Source: Ignavibacteriaceae bacterium
GTDB taxonomy: Bacteria > Bacteroidota > Ignavibacteria > Ignavibacteriales > Ignavibacteriaceae
Length of the DNA: 64,000 bases
Direction: 5' to 3'
Assembly: GCA_035266865.1 (NCBI GenBank)
Contig: DATFMR010000098.1
Span: forward strand, 3,952 to 67,951
Below are positions 10,363-19,568 of the stretch, piece after piece (within the stretch, counting starts at the first letter, position 1; each line of letters starts with the position of its first letter). The notes beneath the pieces were generated by a model, which did not search any database, was not told where the DNA came from, and saw nothing but the letters and a program-made list of their open reading frames with translations. Made by a program: the position numbers and the translations under genes.

Positions 10363-11064
10363 ATGAATAATACAATAAACTGCCCAAATTGTAATGAAGA
10401 TAATCCATTTTATCAAAGTAAATGTTTAAAGTGTAATAGTTTTTTAAGAGATAAAGTCGCCAATATAAATCTCTGGGAAACCATTTCTCAGCTAATAGAA
10501 TCTCCGGTCGAAGCATTTAGTAAAATTATAAGATCAGAACATAAAAATTTTGTTGCTGTAATACTCTTCTTCTCTTCATTAAAAATATTCATTGATTCTA
10601 TATTTTTAATGATGTATGTAAATAAACAGGCTGGCGTGTTCGATTCCATAATTCTACAGGAAGCTATTATCTTAGGTATATTAATAATTGAAGTGATTTC
10701 AATTTCATTTATAATAAAAATAGTAACTGGACTGTTTGGACTAAGAACCAGACTAAAAGATAATTTTTCGATTCTAATTTATTCTCTTACTCCTCATGCT
10801 TTAGCAATTTGCATTTTATTCCCAATTGAACTTGTAGTTTTCGGCACCCAATTATTTTCAACTAATCCATCCCCGTTCGTTTTAAAAGAAACAATAGCTT
10901 ACATAATTTTCGGAATAGAGGGCATCATTATTTTATGGGCAATATTTTTAGCTGCAGCAGCAATTTATGCTCAAACAAGATCACTTTTTTTTGCTATTAT
11001 AACCGGCATATTGTTTAATGGAATAATACTTTATTCTTTGTATGTGTTAGACACAATAATATAA
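10363..11064 (+). CDS. membrane protein with N-terminal zinc ribbon (Yip1-like)
   Basis: CPNC...CLKC zinc-ribbon motif followed by about 5 TM helices. Confidence 0.5.
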   Translation: MNNTINCPNCNEDNPFYQSKCLKCNSFLRDKVANINLWETISQLIESPVEAFSKIIRSEHKNFVAVILFFSSLKIFIDSIFLMMYVNKQAGVFDSIILQEAIILGILIIEVISISFIIKIVTGLFGLRTRLKDNFSILIYSLTPHALAICILFPIELVVFGTQLFSTNPSPFVLKETIAYIIFGIEGIIILWAIFLAAAAIYAQTRSLFFAIITGILFNGIILYSLYVLDTII

Positions 11065-11079
11065 CTTTTAAGCCAACCC

Positions 11080-12252
11080 ATGGAACCATCATTTTTGGAA
11101 AAAGAAAAACAGTTGTTTTTCCATACATATAATCGTATTCCGCTTGAGATAAGCAGAGCTGAAGGTGTTCATTTAATTGATAAAAATGATAACAGGTACC
11201 TGGATCTTTTCTCCGGCCTCGCTGTAAATGCTTTGGGCTATTCTCATCCGAAAATCATCTCGGCTGTTATGCAGCAAATGACCAAATTTAGCCATTTATC
11301 TAATGGCTATATTTCCGATATTCAGCTAGAACTTGCTGAATTACTTATTAGTCACACGAGAATGTCTAAAGCGTTCTTTACAAACAGTGGTACTGAGGCT
11401 ATTGAAGGTACAATTAAATTAATCAGAAAAAAATTTGGTCCAGATAAAAAGATATATTCACTTAACAACTCATTTCACGGAAGAACATATGGCGCTTTGT
11501 CGCTTACAAATCGTGCAAAATATCAAAAAGGATTTGAACCCTTTTTACCTAATATAGATAAAATTGGATTTAATAATGTTGAAGATCTAAAGAATAAAAT
11601 TGATTCTAATACCGCGGCAGTTTTCATCGAATTTATTCAGGGAGAGGGCGGTGTAAATATAGTTTCAAATGATTTTATTGAAGAATTAAAAAAATTAAGG
11701 AAGAAATATGAATTTGCCATAGTTGCCGATGAAATACAGACCGGAATTGGTAGAACAGGAAAAAAGTTTGGTTTTAGTGACTTTGATATTTCCCCAGATA
11801 TAATTGTTCTCGCAAAAGCTCTAGGCGGAGGACTGCCACTTGGTGCATTTTTAGCAACTTCAAAATTTGATGATATATTTAAGGCAGGAAATCATGGAAC
11901 AACTTTTGGCGGAAACCCGGTTTGCTGTGCCGCAGGAAAAGTGGTACTGACAGAAGTTTTTGAAAATGGATTAATGGAACATGTTAAAATAGAAGGAGAA
12001 TACCTTATTTCGCAATTAAATGAATTGGCAAAATTATTTCCGGAAAAAATAAGTAAAATAAGAGGAAAGGGCTTTATGGTTGGAATTGAATTACTAGAAC
12101 CTGGAATGCCATATGTTTCAAAGATGAGAGAACGAAGAGTTCTGATTAATTGTACCAATAGTAATGTTATTCGCTTGCTCCCGCCATTGATTATTTCAAA
12201 AAACGATATTGATTTTTTTCTTTTTAATCTACACGAGCTCTTAAAAGTTTAA
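11080..12252 (+). CDS. argD: class-III PLP aminotransferase (acetylornithine aminotransferase-like)
   Basis: SGTEA, FHGRT, DEIQTGIGRTG and a LAKALGGG region holding the PLP lysine. Confidence 0.8.
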   Translation: MEPSFLEKEKQLFFHTYNRIPLEISRAEGVHLIDKNDNRYLDLFSGLAVNALGYSHPKIISAVMQQMTKFSHLSNGYISDIQLELAELLISHTRMSKAFFTNSGTEAIEGTIKLIRKKFGPDKKIYSLNNSFHGRTYGALSLTNRAKYQKGFEPFLPNIDKIGFNNVEDLKNKIDSNTAAVFIEFIQGEGGVNIVSNDFIEELKKLRKKYEFAIVADEIQTGIGRTGKKFGFSDFDISPDIIVLAKALGGGLPLGAFLATSKFDDIFKAGNHGTTFGGNPVCCAAGKVVLTEVFENGLMEHVKIEGEYLISQLNELAKLFPEKISKIRGKGFMVGIELLEPGMPYVSKMRERRVLINCTNSNVIRLLPPLIISKNDIDFFLFNLHELLKV

Positions 12253-13184
12253 TTGTGTGGTTTTAAGTTTACCTTATTTAAATAATCAACAATTGCTCCA
12301 TATCTAATCCCCTTAGTGCTAACTTTAACTTTAACTAAATTTAGTAATATCATTAAATTACATAAAATAATTGATCCTGCTAATATTAAATCTTCGCGGC
12401 CGATTACAACAGAACCGTATTTTTCTTTAATTTGATTATGATTTATTTTACTTAATACTTCAATTATTTCTTTGACATCAATTAAAGTTAATTCACTATT
12501 CTCTATTGCTTGCTCATCAAATTGTTCCATATGATTTTTTATGCAAGCAAGGGTAGTGGGGGTTCCGGCAAGTGCAATAGTAAAATCGGGAGCATATTTT
12601 ATCTCTTTTAGTTCGTTGAAAATATTTCCCAAATATCCCCTAAAATCTGCAATTTCTTTTATTTTCGGTGGATCGTTTTTAAAATATTTTTCACTCCCAC
12701 TTACCACACCAACCTGAAAACTTTTTCTGTAATTAATTAAATTACTAGTACCGAAAATCAGTTCTGTACTTCCGCCACCTATATCAATTACTAAATATTT
12801 ATGATTAACTGGCTTGTTTGTAATTGCCCCTAAAAAAGATAGCATTGCTTCATCTTGTTCCGAAATCACATTTATGTCCCAACCAAATTTATTCTTTATT
12901 ATTTGGCAAATTTTTCCCGAATTATTAGCAATTCTAAATGCGTTAGTAGCGGAGATGAGTACATTATCACAATTATATTTTTCAATTTTTTCTTTATAGG
13001 CATCAAGTACATCAAGTAATTCCTGTATCTTAATATCTGAAATTTCGTTTCCCAAAGAAAGAGACTTTCCGATTCTTGGTATTCTGTATTCATCCAAAAT
13101 TGTTGTGATTCGCCCATTCCTATCAACATTGGCCAGAAGCAATAATACAGTATTTGTACCGATATCTATTGAAGCAATAATCAT
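12249..13184 (-). CDS. Ppx/GppA family phosphatase
   Basis: N-terminal ASIDIGTNT and DIGGGSTE actin-like ATPase-fold motifs typical of Ppx/GppA. Confidence 0.8.
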   Translation of the reverse strand: MIIASIDIGTNTVLLLLANVDRNGRITTILDEYRIPRIGKSLSLGNEISDIKIQELLDVLDAYKEKIEKYNCDNVLISATNAFRIANNSGKICQIIKNKFGWDINVISEQDEAMLSFLGAITNKPVNHKYLVIDIGGGSTELIFGTSNLINYRKSFQVGVVSGSEKYFKNDPPKIKEIADFRGYLGNIFNELKEIKYAPDFTIALAGTPTTLACIKNHMEQFDEQAIENSELTLIDVKEIIEVLSKINHNQIKEKYGSVVIGREDLILAGSIILCNLMILLNLVKVKVSTKGIRYGAIVDYLNKVNLKPHN

Positions 13185-13223
13185 ATTTTTTTTTTATCTT
13201 AATTTAATCAAATAAAAATAGTT

Positions 13224-13745
13224 ATGGAAAATATTAAGAAGTTCCCCGCTACATTTTTATATCTCTCTGTTCTTTTCGGAGCTTTGTGGTTTGGCAGCTA
13301 TTTTTTAAGATTAACAATTACTTACCGCATATTTGAAGGAATCGATTTTACATTAAGGAATTATTTGAATGAACAGAATCTTCCTGCTGTTCTTAAATCC
13401 TTCCAACCGGCAGTAATTTCAACTCTGGTATTATACGCAATCTTCATAATTTCTTTTTTCCTTTTTCTTATTTCATCAAAATTAAGGCTAAAGGAAAATG
13501 GTTGGCTTTTTATAGCAACTGTAATTATAATAATAACTTTACCTTTGGAATCTTATTTATCTTATATTGATTATAGTATGGTTCATATGCTTTCGGCAAA
13601 TAATTTTAATGCAAATGAAGTTTTAGGATTAATAATAAAAAGATTTAAAATGTTTAGTAGTTTCCCGGTAATTGAACTTTTTTGTTACGGAGCAATAATT
13701 TATTTCCTGATATTTCAACCATTCACAAAAAAGAAAATAGTATAA
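13224..13745 (+). CDS. hypothetical integral membrane protein
   Basis: 173-aa ORF with about 5 hydrophobic helices. No motif recognised. Confidence 0.5.
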   Translation: MENIKKFPATFLYLSVLFGALWFGSYFLRLTITYRIFEGIDFTLRNYLNEQNLPAVLKSFQPAVISTLVLYAIFIISFFLFLISSKLRLKENGWLFIATVIIIITLPLESYLSYIDYSMVHMLSANNFNANEVLGLIIKRFKMFSSFPVIELFCYGAIIYFLIFQPFTKKKIV

Positions 13746-13746
13746 T

Positions 13747-14022
13747 ATGAAGCTTAAAGAAAAAGAATTTGAAGAAATAATTCAGGATTTAAAAGCACTA
13801 GCTGCACAACTAGGTGCTGAGGTCAGATTTGAAAAGGGTGATTTTAAAGGTGGATATTGCCTGTTGAAAGAGAATAAAATAATTGTTATAAATAAGATGG
13901 CTAACCTGCAGAGAAAAGTAATGATACTTAGCATGGCGCTCAAGGAGCTTGGAATTGACAAGATTTATCTTACTCCCCGCATTAGGGAAATTATAGATGA
14001 AATGTCGGCGGAGGTTCAATGA
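13747..14022 (+). CDS. hypothetical protein
   Basis: 91-aa ORF tightly packed between neighbours; its stop overlaps the aroQ start. No motif recognised. Confidence 0.5.
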   Translation: MKLKEKEFEEIIQDLKALAAQLGAEVRFEKGDFKGGYCLLKENKIIVINKMANLQRKVMILSMALKELGIDKIYLTPRIREIIDEMSAEVQ

Positions 14023-14450
14023 AAATCCTGGTAATAAATGGACCAAACTTAAATCTCCTAGGTAAAAGAAATAAAAATCATTATGGAAATTTATCATTAA
14101 ATCGGATCGAAGGTCTTTTAAATAAAGAATTTAGTGATGACTCCTTTACATTTTTTCAAAGTAATATTGAAGGAGAATTGATAGACCAGATTCAAGCTGC
14201 TAATAAAAAATTTAGTGGGATAATTATAAATCCTGGCGGCTACGCCCATACATCAGTTGCAATTAGGGATGCGTTAATAGAATGTAACTTACCTAAAATT
14301 GAAGTGCATTTATCACACATTGGTAAGAGAGAGGAATTTAGACAAGACCTATTAACTGCTTCTGCTTGCAACGGTTACATTTCAGGTTTTAAAGAAAACA
14401 GCTATCTGGCTGGAACTTATTTATTAAAAAGAATTCACAAAAAGGATTAG
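14019..14450 (+). CDS. aroQ: type II 3-dehydroquinate dehydratase
   Basis: ILVINGPNLNLLGKR, NPGGYAHTSVAIRDA and EVHLSHI motifs. Confidence 0.95.
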   Translation: MKILVINGPNLNLLGKRNKNHYGNLSLNRIEGLLNKEFSDDSFTFFQSNIEGELIDQIQAANKKFSGIIINPGGYAHTSVAIRDALIECNLPKIEVHLSHIGKREEFRQDLLTASACNGYISGFKENSYLAGTYLLKRIHKKD

Positions 14451-14454
14451 AAAT

Positions 14455-15138
14455 TTGATTAAAGCAGTAGTATTTGATCTTGATAACACTCTTGTAGATT
14501 TTATGAAAATGAAACGCCGGTCCATTGAAGAAGCAATTCCTGCAATGATTGACGCTGGTTTATCAATCACACAAACTGAAGCAAATAAGGTAATCGACGA
14601 GATTTATAAGGAGCAGGGAATTGAATACCAGCAAGTATTTGATATGTTCCTTCAAAGAGTCTTAAACAAAATAGATTATAAAATACTATCAGCCGGAATT
14701 GTTGCTTACAGGAGAGCCAGAGAAGCAGCATTAACACCATATCCACACGTTTACTCAACTTTAAATAAACTTTTGAAAATGGGAATTAAAATGGGAATTC
14801 TTTCCGATGCTCCAAGTAAAGAAGCATGGCTCAGACTGGCATATTTAAATTTCCATCATATAGTTGATGCCGTTGTTACATTTGAAGATACAGGCGAACG
14901 TAAACCACAGCCAGCCCCATTTTTAATGGTTTTGAAAAAACTTGAGGTAAAACCCCAAGAGGCTTTAATGGTAGGTGATTGGGCTGAAAGAGATATAATT
15001 GGTGCAAAGAATCTTGGAATGAAAACTGCTTTTGCCAAATACGGAGATACTTTTGATACAAAATTACACGATGCCGAGTACGAACTAAATGATGTTAGTG
15101 AATTAATTGACATCATTATTAAAGAAAATAACTTATAG
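14455..15138 (+). CDS. HAD-superfamily hydrolase
   Basis: DxD motif VVFDLDNTL, LSDA and a GDWAERDI motif. Confidence 0.8.
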   Translation: MIKAVVFDLDNTLVDFMKMKRRSIEEAIPAMIDAGLSITQTEANKVIDEIYKEQGIEYQQVFDMFLQRVLNKIDYKILSAGIVAYRRAREAALTPYPHVYSTLNKLLKMGIKMGILSDAPSKEAWLRLAYLNFHHIVDAVVTFEDTGERKPQPAPFLMVLKKLEVKPQEALMVGDWAERDIIGAKNLGMKTAFAKYGDTFDTKLHDAEYELNDVSELIDIIIKENNL

Positions 15139-15230
15139 GCCTTCCCTCAAGTATTTTACGACAAAAACAGATCGATATTGCTATTCAAAAGTCAATTAGT
15201 TATTTTAGCCTAAAATAATTATGAGAAGCA

Positions 15231-15635
15231 ATGAAAGACCTATCAATTAAGAAGCTTTACTATTCGATTAGTGAAGTTAGTAAGATTACAGGGGTGGAAC
15301 AATACGTGCTTCGGTATTGGGAGACTGAGTTTGAACAACTAAAACCCCAGAAGAATAGAGCTGGAAATAGAATATATACAAACAAAGATATCCAGCTAAT
15401 TATGCACATCAAAGGACTGCTTAGAGAAAGAAAATATACCATTGAAGGTGCGAGAAAAATTTTAGAAGATTATTCCTTCGAAAATGTTCTTCAACCCGGT
15501 GAATATGGACAGATTGCTACTGAAAAAAATAGTAACTCCGTTTCTGTGCAGGAACCTAAAAAAGACCGACCCTCATTAAGGAAAGACCTTGAAGAAATCA
15601 AAAGTATTCTGGAACTTTTGGTAGCTAAATTATAG
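15231..15635 (+). CDS. MerR-family transcriptional regulator
   Basis: N-terminal HTH YSISEVSKITGVEQYVLRYWE. Confidence 0.8.
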   Translation: MKDLSIKKLYYSISEVSKITGVEQYVLRYWETEFEQLKPQKNRAGNRIYTNKDIQLIMHIKGLLRERKYTIEGARKILEDYSFENVLQPGEYGQIATEKNSNSVSVQEPKKDRPSLRKDLEEIKSILELLVAKL

Positions 15636-15653
15636 ATTATATACTTAATCATT

Positions 15654-15727
15654 CGGAACGTGGCGCAGCCCGGTAGCGTACCTGAATGGGGTTCAGGTGG
15701 TCGCGGGTTCAAATCCCGCCGTTCCGA
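15654..15727 (+). tRNA. tRNA-Pro (anticodon GGG)
   Basis: Hand-folded cloverleaf. Acceptor stem CGGAACG/CGTTCCG. Anticodon stem CCTGA/TCAGG with loop ATGGGGT (U33, GGG at 34-36, G37). T-arm GCGGG-TTCAAAT-CCCGC. 74 nt, no encoded CCA. Confidence 0.9.
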
Positions 15728-15734
15728 CAATAAA

Positions 15735-15770
15735 ATCCTCAATACAGCTCGTATTGGGGATTTTTGATTT
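15735..15770 (+). terminator. rho-independent terminator after tRNA-Pro
   Basis: ATCCTCAATAC-agctc-GTATTGGGGAT followed by TTTTTGATTTT. Confidence 0.75.
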
Positions 15771-15974
15771 TAATGAAAATTCAAAGATGTAAAAATGATT
15801 ACAACTGATTAGAACTTCTGCGAAAAATATCACAATTATATCACAATTAATTTTGTGGAAAAACATGACTGCAGCGCCCTGAAGAGGGAAGCAGGGGAAT
15901 TCTGCCGGTGACTGATGAAGAAGCAAAGGAAGGTTATTAGTTGCTGTATGTTTCTTCTATAAAATCAAAAGATC

Positions 15975-16376
15975 CTATTGACTAACTTTTAGGGGAAAGA
16001 CATATTCACTTTTGGAAAGATATTGACTATTTCCAAATTCAAAGCTTTTTAATGCTTGTTCAACAGTATCGGCTACATTAAATATATTAATAGTACCTGA
16101 TTTTGCTAGAATTGTGTTAGCTATAGATTTCGGTTGTACAATACGTAGCTCCCCACTGATTTTGGCTACCTCTTTTAAAGTAATAACAAGTACGCCAATA
16201 AAAGTTGAATCTATAAACTCACATTGACTCAGATCAATAACCATTTTTCTGAATCCTTTTATAATATCCTGATTGAGGATATGCCTTAATAATCCAGCTT
16301 CTTTATAAGTGGCTCGTGTAAGGTTAACAGTTTCAACAATGATATCCTTAAAAATAGTTTTTTTGAAATCTTCCAT
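15975..16376 (-). CDS. STAS-domain protein (anti-sigma-factor antagonist-like)
   Basis: 133 aa. DLSQCEFIDSTFIGVLV resembles the SpoIIAA/RsbV DSSG region with Ser/Thr retained. Confidence 0.7.
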   Translation of the reverse strand: MEDFKKTIFKDIIVETVNLTRATYKEAGLLRHILNQDIIKGFRKMVIDLSQCEFIDSTFIGVLVITLKEVAKISGELRIVQPKSIANTILAKSGTINIFNVADTVEQALKSFEFGNSQYLSKSEYVFPLKVSQ

Positions 16377-16655
16377 TTTTACCCTCGGGAAATTATAATT
16401 AAATGATCATTTTTTCGCAGGATAATTAATCAATAATAATTATCCCATACTAAATTCATTAGTTCATTTTACTATTATCTCTAAATAAGCAATTACTGTT
16501 CCAAATAAATATTAAATAAATGCAAAAAAAAGAGACTTATTGAATCAGCGATTGTCTCATAATGATAAATAGAGTGTTATTTTTTTAGGCCGGAGATTAT
16601 TATAAAGAAAAAGTTTTCCAGCAGTTAGAGCGGTTAGATTATATGAAATTACTTA

Positions 16656-17204
16656 TTAATTATTATTTTTGAGTGAATAGATTGGCAAATTAATCTGGAA
16701 ACAAGTTTCTCCAGGTTTTGACCTAACAGATATTTCACCCTTATGTTTTTGCGTTATTATATTGTGGCTTATGCTTAATCCTAATCCAGTTCCTTCACCA
16801 GGTGGTTTAGTAGTGAAAAACGGATCGAAAACCTTGCCCAGGATTTCTTCCGGAATGCCAGGTCCATCATCCATTAATTCTATTACAATGTTAAGACCTT
16901 GTTTATAAGTTTTCAGTATAATTTTCCCCGTCCCATTCATAGATTTAATTGAATTGTCGATAATATTTGTCCACACTTGGTTTAGTTCACTTCCGTAGGC
17001 TTGAATTTTAGGTATATCGGATGAATAATTTCTTTCAACAGTTATATTGCCTTTAAGCTGACTTCTTAGCATAACCAGAGTATTATTTAGTCCTTCATGA
17101 ATATCAACTGATTGAATGGGTCCCTGGTCAAGATATGAATATGATTTTAAAGCTTTTACAATTTCAGTAATTCTTCCTGCTCCCTGGCCGATTTCTTCAA
17201 TCAA
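16656..17204 (-). CDS. histidine kinase C-terminal fragment (end of DHp plus HATPase_c), probably a truncated remnant
   Basis: N/G1/F/G2 boxes present (DNSIKSM, DDGPGI, FDPFFTTKPPGEGTGLGL). No H-box and no sensor domain in frame. A stop lies 12 codons upstream of the TTG start, and only about 160 bp remain before the divergent gene. Confidence 0.6.
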   Translation of the reverse strand: MIEEIGQGAGRITEIVKALKSYSYLDQGPIQSVDIHEGLNNTLVMLRSQLKGNITVERNYSSDIPKIQAYGSELNQVWTNIIDNSIKSMNGTGKIILKTYKQGLNIVIELMDDGPGIPEEILGKVFDPFFTTKPPGEGTGLGLSISHNIITQKHKGEISVRSKPGETCFQINLPIYSLKNNN

Positions 17205-17419
17205 ACTATGAATAACATTGGTACTGGTAATTGATTCTTATTAAAATTATTGACCAGCTTTGATAGTTCTTTTATTCAAGCCACGATTCAATTTCAGTTT
17301 CCATATCACTTCGCAACAGGGGATTTAATTCAACAAGTGGAATTGCCTTTTCATGAATTTGTCACTTGACAATCATAATAAATTTATACTGTTTTCAGCT
17401 ATTGTTTTCAGGACATTTA

Positions 17420-18859
17420 ATGACAAAAAAAAATTCTATCATAATTATAATTCTTCTTTTCGCTTTGTCTGCAAAAGGACAGACGATTGGGCATGTTACG
17501 GTAAAAACCTGGCCGAATGACATGAAGTCGGCTTTTTCATTTACATTTGACGACTGTTTTAAATCACAATACGATTACGCATTACCGGTTTTAAATTCAT
17601 TTGGTTTTAAAGGAACGTTCTATGTAATTGCTGAAGAACCAACCGAACAGGGCGAACCTTTAAACTGGCGATATGCTACCTGGGACCAATTCAGGGAAAT
17701 TGCCCAACAGGGACACGAAATAGGTTCTCACAGTATGACCCATCCGCATCTCCAAACGCTACAAACAGGAGATATAAACACACCTAATACAATTTATTAT
17801 GAATTGTATCAATCCAAAAAATTAATCGAAAATAAAATTCCGGGCATAAAAGTAATAACATTTGCTTATCCATATACTGAATACAATCCGACTGTTATAT
17901 CCATTGCAGGTCAATATTATGAGGCTTCCAGAAGAGGAAATGGCATACCTAATAATTCTGTAATAACAGGTACTGATTGGCAAAAAATAAATTCATATGA
18001 AGTGCAGTTCAATCTTCCAAGGGATATTGTTAATGATGACAATGACGAATTAAATGAAATTGAGAATACACTGCAAAATGAAGTAATTGATAATGGCAAA
18101 TGGGGAATGTTATTTGCGCATGAGGTTTTGCCTTTTTCACAGATTCCTGATGCAGTTGCTGCCGGTTATTGGTACCCTATGTCCACAGAATGGCTGAATG
18201 CTTTTTGCCAATGGATGAAAAATAAATCAGATAATAATGATATTTGGGTAAACACAGTTGCAAACGTCACAAAATATATAAAGGAGAGAGAAAACTTTGT
18301 AGCAAATGTAGTTTCAGTAACTGATACCTTAATCGTGTTAAGTCTTACCGATAATCTTGATGATACAATCTTCAATTATCCTCTAACCTTGGACATACAG
18401 GTTCCTTCTGTCTGGGAAACTGTATTGATCAAACAGGGAGGAATTACAATACCGACAGATTCTATTTTTGTAGCAGGAAATAATACCTATGTTAGAACTA
18501 AAATCATTCCCGATGCAGGCAATATAAGTCTTAAAAAAGATGCAACTACAGGAATTGCAATTAATAATAACATTCCCATTGAATACAAATTAATGCAAAA
18601 TTACCCGAATCCATTTAATCCAAGTACAAAAATTGGATACATAATACCATTTGAAAGTAAAGTATCGATAAAAATATTTAATTTATTAGGACAGGAAATA
18701 AAAGAGTTACAAGGTTCTACAGAATCTGCGGGATATCATGAGGTATTGTTTAATGCCAGTAATTTAGCTTCTGGAATTTATTTCTACAAAATTGTTGCAA
18801 TTTCAACCAATGGTAAGAATATATTTGTTGATACCAAAAAACTGAATTTTACTAAATAA
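17420..18859 (+). CDS. secreted polysaccharide deacetylase (NodB-type) with T9SS C-terminal sorting domain
   Basis: Signal peptide MTKKNSIIIIILLFALSAKGQ, TFDDC and HSMTHPH NodB motifs, and a C-terminal YPNPFNPSTKI...YFYKI Por/T9SS tail. ATG 17420 is preferred over TTG 17366. Confidence 0.8.
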   Translation: MTKKNSIIIIILLFALSAKGQTIGHVTVKTWPNDMKSAFSFTFDDCFKSQYDYALPVLNSFGFKGTFYVIAEEPTEQGEPLNWRYATWDQFREIAQQGHEIGSHSMTHPHLQTLQTGDINTPNTIYYELYQSKKLIENKIPGIKVITFAYPYTEYNPTVISIAGQYYEASRRGNGIPNNSVITGTDWQKINSYEVQFNLPRDIVNDDNDELNEIENTLQNEVIDNGKWGMLFAHEVLPFSQIPDAVAAGYWYPMSTEWLNAFCQWMKNKSDNNDIWVNTVANVTKYIKERENFVANVVSVTDTLIVLSLTDNLDDTIFNYPLTLDIQVPSVWETVLIKQGGITIPTDSIFVAGNNTYVRTKIIPDAGNISLKKDATTGIAINNNIPIEYKLMQNYPNPFNPSTKIGYIIPFESKVSIKIFNLLGQEIKELQGSTESAGYHEVLFNASNLASGIYFYKIVAISTNGKNIFVDTKKLNFTK

Positions 18860-18906
18860 ATATTGAATACCTGCCTAATTAACTTCAATTAGAAATTCCC
18901 TTTCCG

Positions 18907-18929
18907 CTCCGTATTAATACTTAGTGAGT
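18907..18929 (+). promoter_or_regulatory. repeat element copy A (CTCCGTATTAATACTTAGTGAGT)
   Basis: Shares its first 15 nt with the 20-mer family and matches 20/23 with the reverse-strand copy at 23651-23673. Confidence 0.7.
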
Positions 18930-18991
18930 AACGTTAAAGCCAATTTTATTTCGTTTTATGTCTAAAATCAAACTATTCAAAATCATCTTTT

Positions 18992-19011
18992 CTCCGTATT
19001 AATACTGATTC
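18992..19011 (+). promoter_or_regulatory. repeat element copy B (CTCCGTATTAATACTGATTC)
   Basis: Exact 20-mer, identical to the copies at 21494 and 23742. Palindromic core GTATTAATAC. Confidence 0.75.
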
Positions 19012-19184
19012 TTTTAATCTCATTTATGGTTAGCTTAAATAAGAATTATCGGGAATTGCAAAATTTGCCGATTATTCTGAAGAAATTTTAGTTAAAACTA
19101 AAAAAAGGATAAAAGTTACACTTGCAATTAATATACTGCAATCAAGGATAAACAATAATCAAGATTCTTTATCCGGTGCATGTT

Positions 19185-19568
19185 TTAATTAATAATTAAA
19201 TGCGAATGAAGAGTTTCGAGCAATTGATCTTTTTCATAGGGCTTTATTAAAACATTGCTGAAACCCAGTTCTTTTAAATACTGAATATCCTCAGTGTAGG
19301 AATTTCCAGCTACAACAATTATCGGAATAGATTTGTATTTTTTTATTTCTCTCAGAGTAAACATTAAATCTATTCTGCTGGTTTCGGTAGAACGATCAAT
19401 ATTTATTGTTATTGCCGAATAGTTATATTCTGCAACAAGTTTTTCGGCTTCTTTTATTGATACAGCTACATGACAGAAAAATAAACCTTCAACATATTCC
19501 TGAATCAGCAAAGGGCTATCAAGTTTATCATCTACCAGTAGCAAATAGGGTAAATTTGATGTATTCAT
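19185..19568 (-). CDS. single-domain response regulator (receiver only)
   Basis: LLVDD acidic pocket, candidate phospho-Asp in TINID and an LIKPY lysine. No output domain. Confidence 0.75.
   Translation of the reverse strand: MNTSNLPYLLLVDDKLDSPLLIQEYVEGLFFCHVAVSIKEAEKLVAEYNYSAITINIDRSTETSRIDLMFTLREIKKYKSIPIIVVAGNSYTEDIQYLKELGFSNVLIKPYEKDQLLETLHSHLIIN

Noticed and set aside
15491-15926. Track ORFs 15491-15742 (-) and 15693-15926 (-).
   Set aside because: They run antisense across the MerR gene end, tRNA-Pro and its terminator. They are explained by those features and have no coding signal of their own.
18958-19091. Mini-ORFs 18958-19002 (14 aa) and 19026-19091 (21 aa) near motif copies A and B.
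   Set aside because: They have no Shine-Dalgarno. The equivalent frames at copies C and D are not open or conserved. They are reported only as context in a finding.
19125-19143. GCAATTAATATACTGCAATC as a degenerate sixth motif copy.
   Set aside because: It needs two indels and lacks the CTCCGT head, so it is indistinguishable from AT-rich background.
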